Shown here piece after piece: positions 22,457 to 31,584 of a DNA stretch of 64,000 nucleotides (position 1 is its first letter; each line of letters starts with the position of its first letter). Origin of the DNA: an uncultured Desulfarculales bacterium (lineage in GTDB: Bacteria > Desulfobacterota > Desulfarculia > Desulfarculales > JAHJDS01); assembly GCA_964569795.1 (NCBI GenBank), contig CAZMVB010000001.1, positions 195,233-259,232 of the forward strand, given 5' to 3'. The notes under the pieces were generated by a model. It was not told the DNA's origin, searched no databases, and saw nothing but the letters and a program-made list of their open reading frames with translations. Both the position numbers and the translations under genes were made by a program.

Positions 22457-23286
22457 GCCTCGAGGGGACCGAGTTCTTCAAGCTCAGCGGCTCGGGCAAC
22501 GACTTCATCGTCCTGGACAACCGCCGCCGGGTGGTGGCCGAGGACGAGATGGTTCCCCTGGCCCAAGCCCTGTGCCCCCGGGGCCGATCAATCGGGGCCG
22601 ACGGCCTGATCCTCCTCGAGGACTCTGACCGGGTCGATTTCAGGTGGCGCTTCTTCAACGCCGACGGCTCCGAGGCCGAGATGTGCGGCAACGGCGGCCG
22701 GTGCGCCGCCCGGGTGGCCCACCTGATCGGGCTGGCCCCCGAGAAGATGGTCTTCGAGACCCTGGCCGGCGACATCCGGGCCGAAATCCTGCCCGGCGAG
22801 ATCAAGCTGGAGATGGTCCCGCCCGCCGATCTCAGGCTGGACTACGCCCTGGCCGTGGACGGCCGGGAATTGACCCTGTCCAGCCTCAACACCGGCGTGC
22901 CCCACGTCGTCATCTGGACGGACGACCTGGAGCGAGCGGAAGTGATCGACCTGGGACGGAAGATAAGGTATCATGAGACCTATCGTCCCGCTGGGACCAA
23001 CGTCAATTTCGTGCAGGTGTTAGGTCCTGACACCATGGCCATACGAACCTATGAACGTGGGGTCGAAAACGAGACCCTGGCCTGCGGCACCGGTGCGGTG
23101 GCCGCGGCCCTGATCGGAGGCGTCGCCGGCCGGGTAAAATCCCCGGCCGGGATGAAGACCCGGGGTGGGGAAGAGCTGAGGGTCCACTTCCGATTTGACC
23201 GGGATCGTTTTCAAGACGTTTACCTCCAGGGAGGCGCCCGGCTGATCTACCGGGGCGTCCTCTCCAGCGAGGCAGTGGAGGACTGA
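22453..23286 (+). CDS. dapF: Diaminopimelate epimerase
   Basis: FFKLSGSGNDFIV, the first catalytic Cys context EAEMCGNGGRC, and the second ETLACGTGAVA. Confidence 0.9.
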   Translation: MSLEGTEFFKLSGSGNDFIVLDNRRRVVAEDEMVPLAQALCPRGRSIGADGLILLEDSDRVDFRWRFFNADGSEAEMCGNGGRCAARVAHLIGLAPEKMVFETLAGDIRAEILPGEIKLEMVPPADLRLDYALAVDGRELTLSSLNTGVPHVVIWTDDLERAEVIDLGRKIRYHETYRPAGTNVNFVQVLGPDTMAIRTYERGVENETLACGTGAVAAALIGGVAGRVKSPAGMKTRGGEELRVHFRFDRDRFQDVYLQGGARLIYRGVLSSEAVED

Positions 23287-23287
23287 C

Positions 23288-24163
23288 ATGTTTCAAGGTT
23301 CAGGCGTGGCCATCGTCACCCCCTTCCGGGACGGGGCCCTTGATGAAGAGGCCTTTCGGGGCCTGATCGAGTTCCATGTTGAAGGCGGCACGGACTTCAT
23401 CGTGCCCTGCGGCACCACCGGCGAGTCGCCGACGCTCAGTCACGAGGAACATCGCCGGGTGATCAAGACCACGGTCAAGGCCGCGGCCGGCCGGGTCCAG
23501 GTCCTGGCCGGGACCGGGTCCAACAACACGGCCGAGGCCATCGACTTGACCCGGTACGCCAAGGAGGCCGGGGCCGACGGGGCCCTGGTCATCTGTCCCT
23601 ATTACAACAAGCCGACCCAGGCCGGGTTGATCGCCCACTTCCAGACCCTGATCCAGGCCTGCGCCTTCCCCATGGTCATCTACAACATCCAGGGGCGGAC
23701 CGCGATCAACATGACCCCCGAGACCATGGCCCGGCTGGCCGAGGCCCCGGAGATCGCCGGCGTCAAGGAGGCCTCGGGCAATCTGGGCCAGATGTCCGAG
23801 ATCATCCGGCTGACCAGGGGCCTGGACTTCGACGTCCTGTCCGGGGACGACGCCCTGACCCTGCCCCTGATGGCCGTCGGCGGGGTAGGGGTCATCTCCG
23901 TGGTCAGCAACCTGATTCCGGCCGACGTCAAGGCCATGGTCGCGGCCGCCCTGGCCGGCGACTTCGCCACGGCCCGGGACTGGCATTACCGGATGCTGCC
24001 CTTGACCAACGCCATGTTCGTCGAGACCAATCCCATCCCGGTCAAGGCCGCCCTGGGCATGACCGGCCGGATCAGCGGCGAGGTCCGGCTGCCCATGACC
24101 GCGCCGTCCGAGGCCAATCAGGCGGTCATCAAGCGGGCCCTGACCGATTACGGAGTGTTGTAA
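23288..24163 (+). CDS. dapA: 4-hydroxy-tetrahydrodipicolinate synthase
   Basis: GSGVAIVTPF, VPCGTTGESPTLS, YYNKP, and IAGVKEASGN (Schiff-base Lys). Confidence 0.95.
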   Translation: MFQGSGVAIVTPFRDGALDEEAFRGLIEFHVEGGTDFIVPCGTTGESPTLSHEEHRRVIKTTVKAAAGRVQVLAGTGSNNTAEAIDLTRYAKEAGADGALVICPYYNKPTQAGLIAHFQTLIQACAFPMVIYNIQGRTAINMTPETMARLAEAPEIAGVKEASGNLGQMSEIIRLTRGLDFDVLSGDDALTLPLMAVGGVGVISVVSNLIPADVKAMVAAALAGDFATARDWHYRMLPLTNAMFVETNPIPVKAALGMTGRISGEVRLPMTAPSEANQAVIKRALTDYGVL

Positions 24164-24976
24164 ATGGCCGACAAGACCAAGGTGGTGATCTCGGGCGCGG
24201 CCGGGCGGATGGGCGGCCGGTTGATCCACGTCGCCCAGGCCGACCCCAACGTCGTCCTCCAGGGCGTGTTCGAGGCCCCGGACAACCCGGCCGTCGGGCG
24301 GTCGGCCGCCGACGTGGTCGGCCTGCCCGGCCTGGACCTGACGGTGGCCGGCTCCCTGGACGAGGTGGCCGAGGGGGCCGATGTGCTCATCGAGTTCACC
24401 CTGCCCGAGCCCACCATGGTCAACCTGGCCCGGGCGGCCGAATTGAACCTGGCCGTGGTCATCGGGACCACCGGACTCTCCAGCGAGCAGATCGGGGAGC
24501 TGGACACCCTGGCCACGGGCATCCCGGTCGTCTTCTCCCCCAACATGAGCCTCGGGATCAACCTGATGTTCAGGCTGGTCGCCCAGGCCGCCCAGGCCCT
24601 GGGCGACGGCTACGACATCGAGATCTGGGAGGCCCATCACCGCCTCAAAAAGGACGCCCCCTCGGGCACCGCCCTCAAGCTCTACCAGCTCCTGTGCGAG
24701 GCCACCGGCCGCGATCCCGCAACGGCCGGGGTTTACGGCCGGAAGGGGATGATCGGCGAGCGGACCGATGACGAGATCGGCATCCAGGTCATCCGGGCCG
24801 GCGACATCGTCGGCCAGCACACCGTCTTCTTCGGGGGGCTGGGCGAGACGATCGAGATCACCCACCGGGCCCACAGCCGTGACACCTTTGCCCGCGGCGC
24901 CATCCGGGCCGCCCGGTGGGTCGCCGGACGCCAGGCCGGCCTGTACTCCATGGCCGACGTGCTGGGTCTCAAGTAA
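24164..24976 (+). CDS. dapB: 4-hydroxy-tetrahydrodipicolinate reductase
   Basis: KVVISGAAGRMG, VIGTTG, and EAHHRLKKDAPSGTA. Confidence 0.95.
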   Translation: MADKTKVVISGAAGRMGGRLIHVAQADPNVVLQGVFEAPDNPAVGRSAADVVGLPGLDLTVAGSLDEVAEGADVLIEFTLPEPTMVNLARAAELNLAVVIGTTGLSSEQIGELDTLATGIPVVFSPNMSLGINLMFRLVAQAAQALGDGYDIEIWEAHHRLKKDAPSGTALKLYQLLCEATGRDPATAGVYGRKGMIGERTDDEIGIQVIRAGDIVGQHTVFFGGLGETIEITHRAHSRDTFARGAIRAARWVAGRQAGLYSMADVLGLK

Positions 24977-25063
24977 CCGTTGTATCAGATTCGAGAGGCC
25001 GACCCGGTCTTTGCGCCGGGGCGGCCTGTCTCGATTTCGCCGGAACCGGCCGACGAGGACCCC

Positions 25064-26230
25064 ATGAGCTTCATCGAACCCGCCGACAGAATCAAGCGCC
25101 TGCCGCCCTACCTGTTCAAGGAGATCGACCGCCAGCGGGACGAGGTCGCGGCCCGGGGCGTGGACATCATCGACCTGGGGGTGGGCGACCCGGACCTGCC
25201 CACCCCGGACCATATCATCGCCGCCGGCCAGAAGGCCATGGCCAACCCGGCCCATCATCGCTATCCCAGCTATTCGGGCATGGAAAACTTCCGGGAGACC
25301 GCCGCCGCCTGGTTCGACGGCAGGTTCGGCGTGGCCCTGGACCTGGATCAGGTCGTGACCCTGATCGGCTCCAAGGAGGGGGTGGCCCATTTCCCCCTGG
25401 CCTACGTCAATCCGGGCGATCTGGTCCTGGCCGCCAGCCCGGCCTATCCGGTCTTCGCCACCAACGCCATGTTCTGCGGCGGCGAGGTCCACTTGGTCCC
25501 CCTGACCCGGGAAAACGGATTCCTGCCCGATCTGACGGCCATCCCCGAGGACCTGGCCGCCCGGGCCAAGATTTTTTATGTCAACTACCCCAACAATCCC
25601 ACCGGGGCCGTGGCCGACCTGGACTTCTTCGAGCGCCTGGTGGACTTTTGCCGCCGGCACCAGATCATCCTGATGCACGACGCGGCCTACAGCGAGATGT
25701 GGCTCGACGATTTCGTCCCGCCCAGCGTCCTCCAGGTCCAAGGGGCCCGGGAACTGGCCGTCGAGTTCCTTTCCCTGTCCAAGACCTATAACATGACCGG
25801 CTGGCGGCTCGGATTCGCCGTGGGCGGCGCCGACCTGATCGGCAACCTGGGCCAGGTCAAGTCCCAGATCGACTCGGGGGCCTTCGAGGCCGTCCAGATG
25901 GCCGGCATCGAGGCCCTGACCGGCGATCAGTCGTGCGTGGCCGAGTTGCGACATATCTACCGCCGCCGCCGGGACATCCTGACGGCCGGCCTGAGGGGCC
26001 TGGGCCTGGACGTGGAGCCGCCCCGGGCCACCTTCTACATCTGGGCGCCGGTGCCCGCCGGTTACACCTCGGCCCGGTTCGCCTCGCTTTTGCTGACCGA
26101 GGCCGGCGTGGTCTGCACCCCGGGCAACGGCTTCGGCGACCCGGGCGAGGGCTTTGTCCGGTTCGCCCTGTGCGTGCCCGAAGACCGGCTCCAGGAGGCC
26201 GTGGATCGGCTGGGGAAGATAAATCTCTAG
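25064..26230 (+). CDS. dapL: LL-diaminopimelate aminotransferase (class I aminotransferase, DapL-type)
   Basis: RIKRLPPYLFKEID...IIDLGVGDPDLPTP, NYPNNPTG, and SLSKTYNMTGWRLG (PLP Lys). The dapFAB neighbours lack dapC/D/E in the window, which supports the DapL route. Start chosen at MSFIEP; the track ORF starts at 24980. Confidence 0.75.
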   Translation: MSFIEPADRIKRLPPYLFKEIDRQRDEVAARGVDIIDLGVGDPDLPTPDHIIAAGQKAMANPAHHRYPSYSGMENFRETAAAWFDGRFGVALDLDQVVTLIGSKEGVAHFPLAYVNPGDLVLAASPAYPVFATNAMFCGGEVHLVPLTRENGFLPDLTAIPEDLAARAKIFYVNYPNNPTGAVADLDFFERLVDFCRRHQIILMHDAAYSEMWLDDFVPPSVLQVQGARELAVEFLSLSKTYNMTGWRLGFAVGGADLIGNLGQVKSQIDSGAFEAVQMAGIEALTGDQSCVAELRHIYRRRRDILTAGLRGLGLDVEPPRATFYIWAPVPAGYTSARFASLLLTEAGVVCTPGNGFGDPGEGFVRFALCVPEDRLQEAVDRLGKINL

Positions 26231-26356
26231 TCCGCTCGACGGGAGCAGTTCTTGCCGCTTCGGCCCACCCCAGGACCGCTGGTATGGATGATTGTCCGCG
26301 CCGAACCGCCGAGAACGGGGAATCGCCACCGTCACTATCATCAGGGGACGATAAAA

Positions 26357-26845
26357 GTGCGCGGCGTGTTCCTGGGACTGGGCTCGAACCTGGGGGATCG
26401 GGCCGCCAACATCGACCGGGGACTGGCCCGGCTGGCCGATCACCCGGACATAATCGTGCGCCGGGTGTCGCCCCTGTACGAGACCGCCCCGGTCGGACCG
26501 GTCGGCCCCGGCGATTTTCTCAACGGCGCGGCCGAAATCGAGACGCAACTTGAGCCGGAGCCGCTTTTGGGTATATTATTGGCCACGGAAAAGTTGCTGG
26601 GCCGGGTCCGGACCGGGCGCCCGGGGCCGCGGACGCTGGATCTCGACCTCCTGCTCTACGGTCGCGAGATCATCGACCAGCCGGGACTGATCGTGCCCCA
26701 TCCCCGACTCCACCAGCGGTGGTTCGTGCTGCTGCCCCTGGCGGACATCGCCCCCGGGGTGATCGTCCCGACCCAGGGTCGAACGATCCGGGAACTGTGC
26801 GCGGCCCTGCCCGACGACGGCGGTGTGACACGGGTGGAACGGTGA
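26357..26845 (+). CDS. folK: 2-amino-4-hydroxy-6-hydroxymethyldihydropteridine diphosphokinase
   Basis: FLGLGSNLGDR..., SPLYETAPVG, RTLDLDLLLYG and VPHPRLHQRWFVL. The GTG at 26357 was preferred; alternatives are upstream (26252/26288). Confidence 0.85.
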   Translation: MRGVFLGLGSNLGDRAANIDRGLARLADHPDIIVRRVSPLYETAPVGPVGPGDFLNGAAEIETQLEPEPLLGILLATEKLLGRVRTGRPGPRTLDLDLLLYGREIIDQPGLIVPHPRLHQRWFVLLPLADIAPGVIVPTQGRTIRELCAALPDDGGVTRVER

Positions 26846-27132
26846 TCCTCAAAATAATCCTGCTGGCCCTGGTGGCCTTTATCCTGTATCGGGTCCTCAG
26901 GTCCGTCTTTCTGCCCGACGCCGCCGTCCGGCCCAAGGTCGAGCGACGGCGCCGGTCGAGGACGGATCCCGGGACGCGGGTCATCGAGGACGAGATGGTC
27001 CAGGACCCCCACTGCGGCACCTATCTGCCCCGGCGGGAGGCCCTCAAGGACCGGCGCGGCGGCCAGACCGTTTTCTTTTGCAGCCGTGAATGTCGTGACG
27101 CCTATCTGGAAGATCTGAGGAGGGAAAAGTGA
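26842..27132 (+). CDS. Small membrane-anchored zinc-ribbon protein (PP0621-like)
   Basis: The GTG overlaps the folK stop. It has an N-terminal TM helix (ILKIILLALVAFILYRVL) and C-terminal HCGTYLP...FFCSRECRDAY Cys/His motifs. Its stop overlaps the next gene's GTG. Confidence 0.55.
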   Translation: MILKIILLALVAFILYRVLRSVFLPDAAVRPKVERRRRSRTDPGTRVIEDEMVQDPHCGTYLPRREALKDRRGGQTVFFCSRECRDAYLEDLRREK

Positions 27133-27785
27133 AGTTTTTCATCGACACGGCCAATATCGACGAGATCAAGGCCGCCCTGGATATCGGCATCCTGGACGGG
27201 GTGACCACCAACCCGTCCCTGGTCTCCAGGGAGGTCACCGGCCTGGACAAGGCCCGCGCCCACCTCAAGCAGATCTGCGACCTGGTCGAGGACCGGCCGG
27301 TCAGCGTCGAGGCCGTCAGCGAAAAGTATGACGACCTGGTGGCCGAGGCCCGGGACCTGGCCACCATCGCCGACAACGCCGTGATCAAGGTCCCCATGAC
27401 CATCGACGGCATAAAGACGGTCAACGCCCTGGCCCCCGAGGGCATCGAGTTCAACGTCACCCTGGTCTTCTCGCCCATCCAGGTCCTGGTGGCGGCCAAG
27501 GTCGGGGCGGCCTACGTCAGCCCCTTTGTCGGACGCCTCGACGACGTCGGCCATGACGGCATGGAGCTCATCGCCCAGGCCGTGGAGATCATCGGCAACT
27601 ACGGCTACGACACCGAGGTCCTGGTGGCCTCGATCCGGCACCCGATGCACGTCGTCCGCGCGGCGATGATGGGCGCCGACGTGGCCACCATTCCCTACAA
27701 GGTCATCGCCCAGATGATCAAGCATCCCTTGACCGACATCGGCATAGACAAGTTCCTGGCCGACTGGAAGAAGGTCGCCGGATAG
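27129..27785 (+). CDS. Fructose-6-phosphate aldolase / short transaldolase (TalC/Fsa type)
   Basis: KFFIDTANIDEIK..., GVTTNPSL, VIKVPMT (Schiff-base Lys), and SPFVGRLDD. Confidence 0.9.
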   Translation: MKFFIDTANIDEIKAALDIGILDGVTTNPSLVSREVTGLDKARAHLKQICDLVEDRPVSVEAVSEKYDDLVAEARDLATIADNAVIKVPMTIDGIKTVNALAPEGIEFNVTLVFSPIQVLVAAKVGAAYVSPFVGRLDDVGHDGMELIAQAVEIIGNYGYDTEVLVASIRHPMHVVRAAMMGADVATIPYKVIAQMIKHPLTDIGIDKFLADWKKVAG

Positions 27786-27789
27786 GTCC

Positions 27790-28383
27790 ATGTTGTTTCG
27801 GGGATTGCCCAGGGTGGTCAATCTACCCAACACCCTGACCCTGTCGCGCATCATCAGCGTGCCCCTGGTGGTCTGGCTGTTGTGGGTCCCCGAGCCCGCG
27901 CCCGAGAGGAACCTGGCCGCGGCGGTCATCTTCGGCCTGGCCGCGGCCACGGACCTGCTCGACGGTTTCCTGGCCCGCCGCCGCGACGCGGTCACGGCCG
28001 TGGGCAAGCTCCTGGACCCGGTGGCCGACAAGCTCCTGGTCGCCGCCGGGCTGATCATGCTCGCCCTGGCCGGACGGGTGCCGACCTGGATGGTCTGGGT
28101 CATCCTGGGACGCGAGGTCCTGGTCAGCACCATCCGGGTCCTCGCCCTCAGGGAGGGCCTGATCATCTCCGCCCATTTCCTGGGCAAGAACAAGGCCCTG
28201 TTTCAGATGACCGCCATCTTCTTCCTGATCCTGGACAGCCACATCATAGTCTGGGGAAATCTGTCCCTGGGGATGCTGCTCATCTGGGTGGCCCTGGTCC
28301 TGACCGTCATCTCCGGGGCCGAGTACCTCTGGCGCTTCGGCTATCTCTTTTTGGGGCCGGGAAACGGCAACGCAAAATCTTGA
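27790..28383 (+). CDS. pgsA: CDP-diacylglycerol--glycerol-3-phosphate 3-phosphatidyltransferase
   Basis: NLPNTLTLSRI... and the CDP-alcohol phosphotransferase motif DLLDGFLARR...GKLLDPVADK. Confidence 0.9.
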   Translation: MLFRGLPRVVNLPNTLTLSRIISVPLVVWLLWVPEPAPERNLAAAVIFGLAAATDLLDGFLARRRDAVTAVGKLLDPVADKLLVAAGLIMLALAGRVPTWMVWVILGREVLVSTIRVLALREGLIISAHFLGKNKALFQMTAIFFLILDSHIIVWGNLSLGMLLIWVALVLTVISGAEYLWRFGYLFLGPGNGNAKS

Positions 28384-28420
28384 CAACCCCAATTCCCTGG
28401 GCTAACCTCATAGCTCTTGA

Positions 28421-28495
<75 letters not shown>

Positions 28496-28499
28496 AAAA

Positions 28500-28575
28500 G
28501 GCGGCATAGCCAAGTGGCTAAGGCAGCGGTCTGCAAAACCGTTATTCACCGGTTCGAATCCGGTTGCCGCCTCCA
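28500..28575 (+). tRNA. tRNA-Cys (anticodon GCA)
   Basis: The acceptor is GGCGGCA/TGCCGCC, the anticodon loop is CTGCAAA, the T-arm is ACCGG-TTCGAAT-CCGGT, and CCA is encoded. Confidence 0.9.
28551..28575 (+). repeat. Direct repeat copy 1 (3' end of tRNA-Cys; attL-like)
   Basis: GGTTCGAATCCGGTTGCCGCCTCCA is identical over 25 nt to 56831-56855. Confidence 0.85.
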
Positions 28576-28721
28576 TTGTTTCGATTAAAATCAATTAAAT
28601 ACTTTTGTGAATTGCCGGGAAACGACCGGGAAAAACCGCGAAAAATCAATGCCCGCTCTCTAGCTTCACCACCTTGTCTTTCCGGTACAATTTAACCAGG
28701 CGCGTCGCATCTGCTCCAGAA

Positions 28722-28872
28722 GGCTTCCCCCGCCCGCGCGGGGATCGACCTTCGAGAGCCCGCTCGATCCTCCCCCTGGTCTGGTTTCCCCCGCCCGCGC
28801 GGGGATCGACCGGTCATCTCCTCGAGGCTGAATTCATTCTGATCGTTTCCCCCGCCCGCGCGGGGATCGACC
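28722..28872 (+). CRISPR. Orphan mini-CRISPR array, type I-E-like repeats (3 repeats, 2 spacers)
   Basis: There are three 29-nt repeats: GGCTTCCCCCGCCCGCGCGGGGATCGACC (28722-28750), GGTTTCC... (28783-28811) and CGTTTCC... (28844-28872). They are separated by unique 32-nt spacers (28751-28782, 28812-28843). The internal palindrome CCCCGC/GCGGGG and the 29/32 geometry match E. coli-type I-E arrays. No cas genes are in the window. Confidence 0.7.
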
Positions 28873-28997
28873 CGTACGACCCGGCTTCGAGGTCCATTTT
28901 TCTTGGCCAATCAAACTCTAGTTCTTATTAAAAGTAACCACAACTGAAAATAATGGCCGATATTTTTTGTATTAGTAAAATCGTGGATGAATTTTTA

Positions 28998-29026
28998 TTG
29001 ACAACAATCAGGGCGTCGAATAAGAT
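28998..29026 (+). promoter_or_regulatory. Sigma-70-type promoter candidate for the XRE-cupin regulator/ort cluster
   Basis: TTGACA-17 nt-TAAGAT in AT-rich DNA, about 80 nt upstream of the ATG at 29108. Confidence 0.35.
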
Positions 29027-29107
29027 GGTACGCATCCTGGTCGGATACGGCCCCTTCCCCCTGTAGCGAGACATCCACGGTACGACGACGTAAGGCAATC
29101 GTTTATT

Positions 29108-29734
29108 ATGCCAAAAAAACGACAGGTTATATCATCTGAGGCGGCCGCGGCCGAAGGCCTTGCACCTGTTTCCACCCTGGAGGTGGTCTCGGAGCGATTG
29201 GGCGCCAAGATCAGACGGATCCGGAACGCCGAGCGTCTGACCCTTTCCGACCTGGGTGAAAAAACTGGTCTGAGCGTCAGCTTCCTGTCCCAGGTGGAAC
29301 GGGACCTCAACGATCCGTCGATCAACTCCATGCGCAAGATCGCCAATGCCCTGGGTTGCCCCCTGACCACCTTTTTCGAGGACCAGTTCCAGTCAGCCGG
29401 GCCGGTGGTCCGCAAGCACGAGCGGCGGGTCCTGTTCAACACCCAGTCCCGCCTGACATATCAGCTTCTATCCCGGTTTCAGGGCGGCCGCATCGAGTTG
29501 CTGATGACCATGCTCGAGCCGGGGACCGCCAACGTGGAGCAGCCCATGTCCCACATCGGCGAGGAGGCGGCCCTGATCATTCAGGGCGAATGTTGGTTCG
29601 AATTGGGAGAGGAAGGGTTCAGCCTCAACGAGGGTGACGCCATCTATATCCACGAAAACAAGGCCCACCGGTTCACCAACACCGGCGCGGAGACCTTGAT
29701 AATCGTGTCGGCCATTTCACCGCCCGGGTTCTGA
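29108..29734 (+). CDS. XRE-family HTH transcriptional regulator with C-terminal cupin domain (PuuR-like architecture)
   Basis: The HTH_3 segment reads LGAKIRRIRNAERLTLSDLGEKTGLSVSFLSQVERD. The cupin segment reads GEEAALIIQGECWFELGEEGFSLNEGDAIYIHENKAHRFTN. Confidence 0.85.
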   Translation: MPKKRQVISSEAAAAEGLAPVSTLEVVSERLGAKIRRIRNAERLTLSDLGEKTGLSVSFLSQVERDLNDPSINSMRKIANALGCPLTTFFEDQFQSAGPVVRKHERRVLFNTQSRLTYQLLSRFQGGRIELLMTMLEPGTANVEQPMSHIGEEAALIIQGECWFELGEEGFSLNEGDAIYIHENKAHRFTNTGAETLIIVSAISPPGF

Positions 29735-29751
29735 ACGACCCACCCGGGGGG

Positions 29752-30093
29752 GTGGGGACGACGGGGGAGATCACGATCGTGAAGGAAGCCTGCCGGGGGG
29801 ACCTGGTCCAGATCCTGTGCGTCGTCCTGGCGCCGGCGGACCGTCCCGAAAACCTCCCGCCGTCCACCCGGGCCGTGCCCTACCAGGCCTGGATCAAGGG
29901 CCTGTTGGTGGACGACCGCGCCCGCGTCGGCGACCAGGTGACCATCGAGACCTCTATCGGCCGACGTCTTTCCGGAAGGCTCCAGGCCGTGAATCCGACC
30001 TATGACCACGGTTTCGGCCGACCCCGGCCGGAACTCCTGCCGGCGGCCGTCCTGGCTCGGCAGTGGCGCTCCGACCCCGGGAGGGAAGGTTAG
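29752..30093 (+). CDS. ortA: 2-amino-4-oxopentanoate thiolase alpha subunit (OrtA)
   Basis: About 110 aa matching my recollection of the OrtA pattern: GD.VQI..VVL.P..R....P..T..VP...W.KG.L...A.VGD.V.IET.IGRR..G.L..VNP.Y.H.FG.P.PELL. It lies immediately upstream of and overlapping an OrtB-like PLP enzyme. Confidence 0.7.
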   Translation: MGTTGEITIVKEACRGDLVQILCVVLAPADRPENLPPSTRAVPYQAWIKGLLVDDRARVGDQVTIETSIGRRLSGRLQAVNPTYDHGFGRPRPELLPAAVLARQWRSDPGREG

Positions 30094-31511
30094 TGGACAC
30101 CGGCTTTCAGGCGGTCATGGCCCGCAAGGGCGACATCCTGCGCCGCACCACGGGGATCGACTACAACGCCTTCGAGTGGTCGCCGCTGGCCTTTGACTAC
30201 GAGGGCCTGATGGCCTCGGGCGGCTACGACGATGACCGCATCAGGGAGTTGCTGGCCGAGACCGGGGTGGGCGACACCCCCCTGGTCGAGCTGAAGAACC
30301 TGACCGGCCTGGTCCGCTCCATCGCCCCGCCCGGCAAGGGAGCCCGCATCTTTGTCAAGGACGAGGCGGCCAATCCCAGCGGCAGTTTCAAGGACCGGCG
30401 GGCGGCCCTGTCGGTCTATCACGCCGCCCGGCTGGGCTTCGAGGGGGTGGTCGCGGCCAGCTCGGGCAACTACGGCGCCGCCGTGGCCTCCCAGGCGGCC
30501 AAGCGCAACCTCAAGTGCATTGTGTTGCAGGAGACCTTTGACAGCCGCAAGAAGGGCCAGCCCGAGATCCTGGAAAAGACCCGGGCCTGCGAGGCCTACG
30601 GGGCCGAGGTCTGGCAACTGACCGTCGGACCGGAGCTGTTCTACATCATGCTCCGGGTCCTGGAGGAGACCGGTTTCTTCGCCGCCTCGCTCTACGTCCC
30701 GACCGCGGTCCAGGGCATCGAGACCCTGGGCCGGGAGCTGGCCGAACAGGTCAAGGAACGGACCGGCCGCTTCCCCGACGTGGTGGCCGTCACCCACGCC
30801 GGCGGGGGCAACGTCACCGGCACGGCCCGGGGCCTGAGCCGGGCCGGCAGCGGGTCAACGGCGGTCATCGGCGTGTCGGTGGACCTCCAGGGCCTGCACA
30901 TGGCCAGCGACGAGGACTTCAATCGCAAGTCGTTCACCACCGGCCATTCCGGTTATGGCATCCCCTTCGCCACCTGGCCGGACCGGACCGACGTGCCGCG
31001 CAACTGCGCCCGGGCCCTGAGGTACCTGGACCGTTATGTGCTGGTCAAACAGGGCGACGTCTTTTTCGTGACCGAGCTCCTGGCCAAGCTGGAGGGCATG
31101 GAGCGCGGGCCGGCGGGCAACACCTCGCTCACCGGGGCGATGGCCATCGCCCAGGAGATGGACCAAGACCAGATCCTGGTGGTTCAGGAGACCGAGTACA
31201 CCGCCGCCGGCAAGCTGCCGTCCTCGCAGCTGACCTTTGCCCAGGAAAACGGAGTCACCGTCCGGACCGGCGATCCGGCCGAGGGCGTGCCCGGCCGGTC
31301 GATCGTCATCCCCGAAAGTCTGGACCAGATCCGGGTCCAGGACTGGGACATGACCGGGCTCCGCCGGTCCTACATCAAAAACGCGTTCCGGGCCGCGGGC
31401 GACCACCAGCCCACCGCCCGGGACTTGGAGTTCCTGGCGGCCGATTCCAAGTCATCGGTCGAGTTCGTCACCTCGACCTGGGAGGAGATCGGCCGGGAAG
31501 GGGCGACCTGA
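30093..31511 (+). CDS. ortB: 2-amino-4-oxopentanoate thiolase beta subunit (OrtB), fold-type II PLP enzyme
   Basis: The PLP-Lys motif is NPSGSFKDRRAA, with a glycine-rich segment VVAASSGNYGAAVA. The size (about 470 aa) and the pairing with ortA fit. The GTG at 30093 overlaps the ortA stop after GGGAGGGAAGG; alternative starts are 30063 and 30117. Confidence 0.75.
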   Translation: MDTGFQAVMARKGDILRRTTGIDYNAFEWSPLAFDYEGLMASGGYDDDRIRELLAETGVGDTPLVELKNLTGLVRSIAPPGKGARIFVKDEAANPSGSFKDRRAALSVYHAARLGFEGVVAASSGNYGAAVASQAAKRNLKCIVLQETFDSRKKGQPEILEKTRACEAYGAEVWQLTVGPELFYIMLRVLEETGFFAASLYVPTAVQGIETLGRELAEQVKERTGRFPDVVAVTHAGGGNVTGTARGLSRAGSGSTAVIGVSVDLQGLHMASDEDFNRKSFTTGHSGYGIPFATWPDRTDVPRNCARALRYLDRYVLVKQGDVFFVTELLAKLEGMERGPAGNTSLTGAMAIAQEMDQDQILVVQETEYTAAGKLPSSQLTFAQENGVTVRTGDPAEGVPGRSIVIPESLDQIRVQDWDMTGLRRSYIKNAFRAAGDHQPTARDLEFLAADSKSSVEFVTSTWEEIGREGAT

Positions 31512-31584
31512 CCCGGCGCGGTCCGGACAGATGCCTGATGGCCGCCCGAGGACAACCACCGACACCCGACCGGGGGAAGGGGCC

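Noticed and set aside
23300-26548. 1082-aa minus-strand ORF spanning dapA-dapB-dapL-folK
   Set aside because: It is antisense to four confidently identified genes. The translation is low-complexity Gly/Arg/Pro/Asp-rich with no motifs. This is a typical high-GC shadow ORF.
28674-28931. 85-aa plus-strand and 72-aa minus-strand ORFs across the CRISPR repeats
   Set aside because: The repeated peptide segments (PPPARGS / PRAGG) merely translate the 29-nt direct repeats. The periodic 29/32 structure is better explained as a CRISPR array.
28873-28935. Possible fourth CRISPR repeat after a third 32-nt spacer
   Set aside because: The sequence 32 nt downstream of repeat 3 (CCAATCAAACTCTAGTTCTTATT...) has no similarity to the repeat, so the array ends at 28872.
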